A stretch of DNA of 64,000 bases, taken from a virus. Its lineage: Duplodnaviria; Caudoviricetes. The stretch spans positions 32,001-96,000 of the IMG/VR virus record IMGVR_UViG_3300010429_001883. The stretch is one strand, 5' to 3'. Below are positions 57,162 through 64,000 of the stretch, in pieces. Positions within the stretch are counted from its first letter, which is position 1, and each line of letters opens with the position of its first letter. The position numbers and the translations under genes were made by a program. Under the pieces are notes generated by a model. It worked only from the letters and a program-made list of their open reading frames with translations, made no database searches and had not been told where the DNA came from.

Positions 57162-59096
57162 ATGGCCGATAAAATTATATTACCAAGTTTTATGGATACG
57201 ATTGAAGCGGAGTTGAACAAAGATGATGCCAACCTTGCGTGGAAGAACTTTAAACAACAGGATAGTTCTAATGTTGTTAGGGGCCTTTATGTAAAGGCAG
57301 TTGCTACTCACGCAGATAAAATAATTAATGGTCGTATATATGTCAGAGATAGGGTTGCTGCTGGTAGCCAGACATTTATAAAGCCATTTCCTAAGCCAGT
57401 TTCTAAACAACATTCTGATGCAGATCCAATTGGTAGGGTTATAGAGCAAAAGTTTATTGATACAATTGATCTGTTGGGGCCTAAGTTTTACTCATTTAAA
57501 CAGCTTACTTCTAAAGTACATCGGGATAAGTACATAGATTTTTTAGCTGATAACGTTCTTTTTAAAGACAATAATTTAGGCACCGGTTACATTGAATTAG
57601 GTATGGACATCACAGATAAAGAAGCAATTGAAAAAGTTATGGATGAACGATACCTTACAATGTCAATTGAATTTGATACAGATCACTATTATTGTAGTGC
57701 TTGTTATGCCGACTGGAAGGCTGGGGAAGTGTGTGAGCACCGGCCAGGTCAGGTTGTTGAGGAGCGCCCTGTTTTCAATATTACAGATAAGTTGATTTAT
57801 AAGGGTATTGATTTTGTCAATAAGCCTGCCGACGACGGTTCAATTGTTATTCATAAGGGCGAAAAGCCGGCGCATGTTGATGCCTATGTTTTACGAACTT
57901 ATGAAGATAAAATGACTTATTTTAAAGATCACCTGGAGGATTTTAGTATGTTTAAACAACTATTAGAGGGTTTAAAGGCCGGAGAGAAAATTAGTATAGA
58001 TTCCCTTTGGGAAGCCGAAGATTTTAATAGCTATGAGCTTTATAAATTTCTTGGTATTGATGAGAAGCATCAATTAACAGAAGAGGGCTACGCCGCACTA
58101 CCTAAATCTAAATATTGTGGTTTTGGTAACTCGTTGCCAATTGTGGACTCTGTTCACTTTAATGCCATTAAAGAGTTTCTTAAACTATTTGGGCCTAGTG
58201 ATGGAGTTAGCAAGGTTCGCAATCGTGCTTACTATGAAGCACAAAAACTTGGACTACTTCCTTCTTCTGAAGTAACGATTGAGTTAGCTACCGGTGCTGA
58301 CAATGCCAATGAAACTTGGTCTATTAAATCAAACGACGATGTAGCTAAACTTTGCCATAAGCTGTGGGAAACAAACATTGATTCTGAAATACCAGAGCAA
58401 GTTAAACAGAGAATGCTGATCCTAAATCTAGATGCCGAAGAGCTTAAGAATCAGTTTGTTGAACAAAAAGCAGCCCAAGACAGTGCTGAGGTCGAAGAGA
58501 CCAAAACAGAAGAGGAAACAAAGGAAGAGATAAAAGAAGAGATTCAAGAGCAAGCCGATAGTGCTGAGCCCAAAGATGATACTGAACAGAAAAAGGAAAC
58601 TTCTGTAAATGATTTGTATACTATTTTTACGAGTTTGGGAGAAGACCAGCAATGTGAGTTTCGCTCTTTGATAGGAATGGATTCCAATATTGTTCAGCTT
58701 GAAGATAAGATAGGGGCCCTTCAAGCTGAGTTGGAAAAAACAAATAAAGAGCTAGAAGTTCTTAAAGCAGAGTATGAAAATAAAACAAAAGAGATTTTGG
58801 ATTACCATTCTGCTTTAGCAAGCGCTGTTGTTGACCTAAGGATGATTTCAAGGAAACCTGAAACAACTAAGGACAATTACTCAAGAGAAACAGCAACGAA
58901 AGAATTTGCCGGTAGAACAAAAAGCTCATTAATCGATTCTTTGAAGGATTTAAGATCTGAACTTTTCGATCCCTCAGATGAAGGGGCACCTGAAGAGACC
59001 GGAAAAGATGCCGTTGTTGCCAAAGTTAAAGAAGGGCTTGGTAATGCGGTTGATCAGAGTGAATTCTTTAAGATTTTTAGACAACGGAATTATTAA
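57162..59096 (+). CDS. Prohead protease / scaffold fusion
   Basis: N.R.Y, PV...H...PIGRV, AIEKV.D.RYLTMSI, CSAC..CEH, FVNKPAD; acidic coiled-coil C-terminus. Confidence 0.8.
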   Translation: MADKIILPSFMDTIEAELNKDDANLAWKNFKQQDSSNVVRGLYVKAVATHADKIINGRIYVRDRVAAGSQTFIKPFPKPVSKQHSDADPIGRVIEQKFIDTIDLLGPKFYSFKQLTSKVHRDKYIDFLADNVLFKDNNLGTGYIELGMDITDKEAIEKVMDERYLTMSIEFDTDHYYCSACYADWKAGEVCEHRPGQVVEERPVFNITDKLIYKGIDFVNKPADDGSIVIHKGEKPAHVDAYVLRTYEDKMTYFKDHLEDFSMFKQLLEGLKAGEKISIDSLWEAEDFNSYELYKFLGIDEKHQLTEEGYAALPKSKYCGFGNSLPIVDSVHFNAIKEFLKLFGPSDGVSKVRNRAYYEAQKLGLLPSSEVTIELATGADNANETWSIKSNDDVAKLCHKLWETNIDSEIPEQVKQRMLILNLDAEELKNQFVEQKAAQDSAEVEETKTEEETKEEIKEEIQEQADSAEPKDDTEQKKETSVNDLYTIFTSLGEDQQCEFRSLIGMDSNIVQLEDKIGALQAELEKTNKELEVLKAEYENKTKEILDYHSALASAVVDLRMISRKPETTKDNYSRETATKEFAGRTKSSLIDSLKDLRSELFDPSDEGAPEETGKDAVVAKVKEGLGNAVDQSEFFKIFRQRNY

Positions 59097-59116
59097 TTCT
59101 GCTATGGAGGATTTAA

Positions 59117-60052
59117 ATGGCTAGAAATACTTACGGACAGTATACCGCAACTTCACTAACACCTGTGGGGCGCGGTGAAACAACTCCTGGCGTTGAATTG
59201 TGCGAATCAGTAGTGCCCTGGATTGGTAGTAGAGCACTACCGGCTCCATGGCTCCCCATTAAGCGTTGGGATGAGCATGCCAAAAGCGGCGTGGTTATCT
59301 CAGTAGGTGTGGCTGTTGGTTATGATATTAATGGTTATCTTGTTCCCGCCGGCATGGTTGGGGGCACAACCACAGTTACTTATACTTCTTATGACGTAGA
59401 TATGGGCGTCATCAACGTTGCGGACGGAGAGCCTGTCGAAACTGGTGACATCGGAAGTGTAACAGTTCCTTCAGGTCTATTGGGAGGCACTAGCGGGGTT
59501 ATTCCTGTTGGTTTTGCTTCTTATAATTATTATCAACATCTCGGTGGGTTTACAGCTACTGGTACATATGCTTCTGATTATGGGTATACAGTAGATAATG
59601 ACAATCCCATCAAGTATAGACTACACAACACATCTAAAGAAGATCTAGTTGCATTTACTTGTGACTATGTAATTGAAGTACCTTGGATTGGTACGGCTGA
59701 AGATTCTATCTCTGGACTAACTACTAAGGCTTTGTCCTATGCTCACGCATATGGCACATTCTCTTATGGTGGGTTTGTGAAGGTCGATGCAAAGGGTATG
59801 TATATTCCTTCAACTACAAATTATGATAATTTGTTTGTTGGTCAGGTTCTTGGTTACAGAACATACCCTGCTGACGCTCTAAACAGAGTAAAGACGGCGT
59901 ATGAAGGCGCGACTAATACTAGCTGGTCAATGCCCGGCAGTGCTACTGGTGGTGTGCCGAGAGCTATTCATTTAGCTACTGATGGCGCTTACTATGGCGG
60001 AGATACAACTTCTCGTGCCTGCACCAGCATAATCATTAATTTCCAGAAGTAA
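59117..60052 (+). CDS. Capsid-associated/decoration protein
   Basis: Between protease and MCP; strong RBS. Confidence 0.6.
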   Translation: MARNTYGQYTATSLTPVGRGETTPGVELCESVVPWIGSRALPAPWLPIKRWDEHAKSGVVISVGVAVGYDINGYLVPAGMVGGTTTVTYTSYDVDMGVINVADGEPVETGDIGSVTVPSGLLGGTSGVIPVGFASYNYYQHLGGFTATGTYASDYGYTVDNDNPIKYRLHNTSKEDLVAFTCDYVIEVPWIGTAEDSISGLTTKALSYAHAYGTFSYGGFVKVDAKGMYIPSTTNYDNLFVGQVLGYRTYPADALNRVKTAYEGATNTSWSMPGSATGGVPRAIHLATDGAYYGGDTTSRACTSIIINFQK

Positions 60053-60069
60053 TGGAGGGGTGTATAATT

Positions 60070-61353
60070 ATGAACGGCAACTTTAAAGACTACGAGGATT
60101 ATCAGAATCAGTACGCCCAAATGAAGCACATCTGGGCAACCAACGGGTTCGATTTTGATCCCGTTGATAAGCGGCCCCTTCCGAAGCGTCTATCCCTGAA
60201 GGATACTTTGGCATTACCTAATGCCACTTTTTTGATTCCACAGGTATTGACTGAATTTGTCAGAGAGGGCATTGAACCTCTGCTTGTTGGTCCTTCGCTA
60301 CTGCGGAGAATTGATTATAAAGCAGGCATGACAATTAGCTTCCCCGCCATTGGCGGTATGGCTGCTGCTGATTTGGCTCCTGGACAAGAATTTCCGGAAT
60401 ACGGGCCAGACTTGGCCGGCGCTGAACAGACAGAGATCAAGATCTCCAAAAGCGGTCTTGCTCTAAAGTTCCTAGACGATATAATCGAACAGGATAACTT
60501 TGGTCTTATTAGACTCTGGGTTCAGTTGGCTGGTAATGCTTTGGCTCGGCACAAGGAAGTCAAAATTTTCAACTATATCGATGCGTCTGGTGTAACACTT
60601 TACAACAACGCGACAACTCCTGCTACCTATGAAACACCAATGATTGGTAAAACAACCGGTCGTAATGCTGCTGGTGCTTTCAATGGTACTCTAACTCATG
60701 ACGACTTCTTCGAGGCAGTTGCTTTTGGGATGTCTCAGGGTTATGTGTATAATACGGTTCTTATGCACCCATTGACTTGGTCAATGTGGGTTAAGGACCC
60801 ATATATGCGGGCGTTTGCTCTGCAGGCCGGCCGTCCAGATTTCTTCCAAAACTGGACAGGCAACCGCGCAGTAAAGGGCAACAATTGGAATGATCCTATC
60901 CAGGAACTTGGTCCTACCGCTCCTGGTCAGAATGTGACATATGGTTCAGAACTCTCAACCATGCCACAGTGGCTGAACACTGCTCCGCAGTTCCCCAGCT
61001 ACTTCCCATTCCCGATGACAATAATAGTGTCACCGTTTATGCCTATCACTGAAACAACAGATTCCTATGGGAATAAGATGAAGCTAACTGACATCATCCT
61101 ATTTGATCGTAGCAATCTTGGTGCTCTCGTTGTGAAAGACGAGATTCAGACAGCGGAGTGGAAAGAACCTTTCCGCGATGTAACCAAGATGAAGATCTGG
61201 GAATCCTATGCAATCGCTATTTTGAATCAGGGCCAAGGAATTGGCGTACTACGCAATATCCGCGTTGATTCTAATCAGCTGGTGCTACCTGCTCAGACTA
61301 CACTCGATGTTTCTAGCATCCTAGCCACCACTGGTTGGACAGGTTTCGCATAA
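60070..61353 (+). CDS. Major capsid protein (HK97 fold)
   Basis: LIPQV....EP, A.DLA.GQE.PE, K.G.......II, L..HP..W, E.Y.I.ILN; followed by a terminator. Confidence 0.85.
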   Translation: MNGNFKDYEDYQNQYAQMKHIWATNGFDFDPVDKRPLPKRLSLKDTLALPNATFLIPQVLTEFVREGIEPLLVGPSLLRRIDYKAGMTISFPAIGGMAAADLAPGQEFPEYGPDLAGAEQTEIKISKSGLALKFLDDIIEQDNFGLIRLWVQLAGNALARHKEVKIFNYIDASGVTLYNNATTPATYETPMIGKTTGRNAAGAFNGTLTHDDFFEAVAFGMSQGYVYNTVLMHPLTWSMWVKDPYMRAFALQAGRPDFFQNWTGNRAVKGNNWNDPIQELGPTAPGQNVTYGSELSTMPQWLNTAPQFPSYFPFPMTIIVSPFMPITETTDSYGNKMKLTDIILFDRSNLGALVVKDEIQTAEWKEPFRDVTKMKIWESYAIAILNQGQGIGVLRNIRVDSNQLVLPAQTTLDVSSILATTGWTGFA

Positions 61354-61376
61354 GTCTAACTAACTCAAGTTAATAT

Positions 61377-61409
61377 AAAAGGCGGCACTAGTTGCCGCCT
61401 TTTTATTTT
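61377..61409 (+). terminator. Rho-independent terminator after MCP
   Basis: AAAAGGCGGCA-CTAGT-TGCCGCCTTTTT. Confidence 0.85.
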
Positions 61410-61450
61410 GAGTATACTATTCTTTTGACCCCAAAAGGGAGGAAAAATAG

Positions 61451-62176
61451 ATGAGTTTAACCATTGTTTCAAATTCCCCAGCAGATGGCGCAGTTGACGT
61501 TGTATTAAGAACTAAGATAACAATAACTTTTAGTGAAGCTGTTGTATCTGCATCAATTAATGATGATACGGTTGTTGTGTATAGTGCTGGCAGCACCGTC
61601 TACCGAGATATTGGTGGTAGCCTGCCTTATGACGCGGATAGTGTATCCGATAGTTATTTAGATACAGATTTTGTTGAAGGTACTTTAACAGTTACTGGAG
61701 CAATTGTAGAATTTACACCCGATAAGCCATTTAAAACAAACACAGTTTATACGATACTGGTGGCTGGTTTTGATACTAGCATAGAAGATTATAAATATGT
61801 TGAGGCTACTGGTGGTGACTTTTTGTCCGAGACCGTTAGATGGTCTTTTACAACAGGGCAACTTGATATTGCTACTCCTCCTGATTCTGCTGTACCTATA
61901 GATTATGATTCTTTGATTGAAGCAATCAGCGAACTAGATGATTCTTCTGTATCCTCAACTGCAACCGTATCCGTTAGCCCAACTAACGGATCATACGGTA
62001 CAATAATAGTTAATGATACTTTATTTACATTCACTTTTGATAATGATGTAGATTTATCTAGTGTTGATGCTTCTGTTTATGTAACGGATTACGATGATCC
62101 ACAACGCAGACGGTATTCCATACCTGTTAAATTTGAACTAGAGGGCACTAAAATATTAAGGGTTAAAATGGTGTAA
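61451..62176 (+). CDS. Ig-like (Big_5/SbsA-type) domain virion protein
   Basis: SPADGAVDV...ITITFSEAV...FTP..P...T.Y...WSFTTG. Confidence 0.75.
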   Translation: MSLTIVSNSPADGAVDVVLRTKITITFSEAVVSASINDDTVVVYSAGSTVYRDIGGSLPYDADSVSDSYLDTDFVEGTLTVTGAIVEFTPDKPFKTNTVYTILVAGFDTSIEDYKYVEATGGDFLSETVRWSFTTGQLDIATPPDSAVPIDYDSLIEAISELDDSSVSSTATVSVSPTNGSYGTIIVNDTLFTFTFDNDVDLSSVDASVYVTDYDDPQRRRYSIPVKFELEGTKILRVKMV

Positions 62177-62178
62177 CT

Positions 62179-62469
62179 ATGTTTAAACAATTAATACATG
62201 ACTTAATTTCTGATTATGCTGATTATGTTATTCTTGTTCTTTTAATGATTATGTTTTTCTTTGGGTATACTTTTGCACCCGGAGATAATACTTTCTATGA
62301 ACGAATTCTAGACACGCTTATTGGTGCTTTTTTAGGAGTATTTAAATCCCTACATGGAAGAACAAATAATAAGGTTAATGGAGATTTAGCCAAAACTGCC
62401 GCAACAACCAAAGCGAAAACAAAGGCCAGAAATATTAAAGCTAAATCAAAACTATTGGAGAATTCCTAA
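62179..62469 (+). CDS. Small membrane protein
   Basis: Two hydrophobic segments and a basic tail. Confidence 0.55.
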   Translation: MFKQLIHDLISDYADYVILVLLMIMFFFGYTFAPGDNTFYERILDTLIGAFLGVFKSLHGRTNNKVNGDLAKTAATTKAKTKARNIKAKSKLLENS

Positions 62470-63404
62470 TGATTGTTACACTTACAGCAACATTTGTTCC
62501 AGAAGGAAGTTACTATGGCATAGAGATGGATGAAGTAACTTTGGCTATTAATAACTTTTTAGGAACAACACTGGCATCTTTAAGTTTAACTGGTGGTACT
62601 ATAACCGGGGGTTTGAATTATTCCGGCGTGCAATACACGGTTGATTATGATACTGGCGGCTCTCTTGGTCCCTATTTGACAACAGAGTGGACAGGTTATT
62701 ATGATAATGATATTTATTCTGTTACTGGTAAAGTTCCACTTGTTCCAGATAATACAAAAGTTTGCATTGTATTTAACGACCCAGTACTTGATACAGACGG
62801 AGTTGCTGCAATACCGAAAGATACTACTTATTGTTATGCAACGAGTTTTGATCCATTTTATATTTCTGTAGATTACTTTAGATCGTCTACTTATGATCTA
62901 TTTACTTCTGCTACTGATTTAGAATTAGCCATAGAAATATGGATGGCTTCTAAAGAAGCCGATGCAGAAACATTTTGTGATCCAGATCCAGATGGAGTAG
63001 AGTATCCTTATTTTGAATATGCAAGACAACAGTATGTTTTGCTTAAACCCCTCGTACGTGGTATTCAATATATTTTATCTAGTGGCGCCAATAGCGTGAC
63101 TAAACGTTTGGCAGATTTAGAAATAAGCGTTGAACGTGGTTCTGGAATGAGCGTTAGAGATGCTTTTAAAGACTGGGCCACAATGCTTAAAGATTTAAGA
63201 ACAGTATTAAATAGTTGTGGTGAATTGTCTGCGGGGGCTAGTGTAGGTATTCAAGTTGGTAGGATTGCTAATGATTATGATTGGTCTAAGTTTGGTCGAT
63301 ATTTCCAAACATACGTTCCTGCATTAGGTATGGACTTTTATCCAATACCTGTTAAACACAACCACCTATTTACAGACCCATACAGCACTTACTGGATATA
63401 TTAA
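62469..63404 (+). CDS. Putative head-tail connector/neck protein
   Basis: Position; SVTKRLADLEISV resembles an adaptor beta-hairpin. Confidence 0.5.
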   Translation: MIVTLTATFVPEGSYYGIEMDEVTLAINNFLGTTLASLSLTGGTITGGLNYSGVQYTVDYDTGGSLGPYLTTEWTGYYDNDIYSVTGKVPLVPDNTKVCIVFNDPVLDTDGVAAIPKDTTYCYATSFDPFYISVDYFRSSTYDLFTSATDLELAIEIWMASKEADAETFCDPDPDGVEYPYFEYARQQYVLLKPLVRGIQYILSSGANSVTKRLADLEISVERGSGMSVRDAFKDWATMLKDLRTVLNSCGELSAGASVGIQVGRIANDYDWSKFGRYFQTYVPALGMDFYPIPVKHNHLFTDPYSTYWIY

Positions 63405-63406
63405 TT

Positions 63407-63973
63407 ATGGCAGCAACAATTATTGATTTAAGGGCTGAACTGATTAAAATACTTGATGGAGATGAATATAATGTTGGTGTATCAATTCCAGTAATTTTGC
63501 GCGTTGTTGACAAACAAAACCGATGTCCATGTAATACTGCAGATACTGGGGATAGGCTTGATTCGGATTGTACTTACTGTGACAATGAGGGATTTTTGTG
63601 GACAGAGTATGTTGCTAAAGCTTATATGGCTCAAACATCTAATACCTTATCTTCTTATGGAACAACTAAATTAGATGATATTTATAAACCAAACCTAGTA
63701 GATCAAAATGATACGGCTGTCGTCTTCCTAAGGTATTCAAATACACCGCCTAAGATCGGTGACAGCATGTATCAAATTAGGCTAAATTCTGACGGATCTG
63801 TATACTATCGTATTGATTCAGAGGGTAATAGATATTTTGAAAGACTTGTAAGGTGGATTATTAAAGAATCAACAAGGGTTTACGGTGATAACGGTGAGTT
63901 AATTTATTATCGCGCTGTGGTCAAAAAAGACCAAACTTGGTTTGAAAATTTTGCCGGAAATAAAAAATACTAA
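63407..63973 (+). CDS. Putative head-closure/neck protein
   Basis: CPC...C..C..EG Zn motif, PKIGD; position. Confidence 0.5.
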   Translation: MAATIIDLRAELIKILDGDEYNVGVSIPVILRVVDKQNRCPCNTADTGDRLDSDCTYCDNEGFLWTEYVAKAYMAQTSNTLSSYGTTKLDDIYKPNLVDQNDTAVVFLRYSNTPPKIGDSMYQIRLNSDGSVYYRIDSEGNRYFERLVRWIIKESTRVYGDNGELIYYRAVVKKDQTWFENFAGNKKY

Positions 63974-64000
63974 TGACAGATATTGATATTGGCAGCATGC

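Noticed and set aside
1-64000. Alternative genetic code (stop-codon reassignment)
   Set aside because: Core genes such as TerL, MCP, NrdJ and RecA are full length in the standard code, and TAA, TAG and TGA all end tightly packed genes.

Overview
This 64-kb window looks like part of a large tailed-phage (Caudoviricetes) genome. It has no rRNA, ribosomal-protein or host housekeeping operons. Layout: (1) 1-~4030 is a GC-rich, leftward-transcribed block. It holds small membrane proteins, an RNase H1 hybrid-binding-domain-like protein and a gene the ORF track missed (928 to <1) with motifs of YonO/QDE-1-type two-barrel RNA polymerases. Its intergenic spaces are packed with hairpins: a ~600-nt ORF-free fold-back region, a kissing-loop pair and a duplicated leader with a compensatory base change. 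(2) 4.2-7.9 kb holds AT-rich small genes, nucleotide-pool enzymes and a degenerate Dam methylase. (3) 7.9-20.6 kb is a CDP-3,6-dideoxyhexose/branched-sugar pathway (rfbF, rfbG, rfbH, NeuB-cupin, ThDP enzyme, two radical SAMs, SDR) plus GT2 enzymes. (4) 24.9-35.4 kb holds two (Gly-X-Ser)n collagen-like fibre proteins, a LamG-like protein, a five-domain glycosyltransferase/methyltransferase and a split GT9. (5) 35-48 kb holds ClpP, RNase HII, RecA, resolvases, GT4, a class II RNR with two inteins, two decayed intein/LAGLIDADG-like proteins and dUTPase. (6) 48-64 kb is the head module: TerS, TerL, portal, protease/scaffold, major capsid, Ig-like and neck proteins. The two best candidates for an undescribed system are the structured-RNA-laden GC-rich RNA-polymerase operon and a self-contained virion glycosylation system. 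All family calls come from motif recognition by eye; no database search was run.
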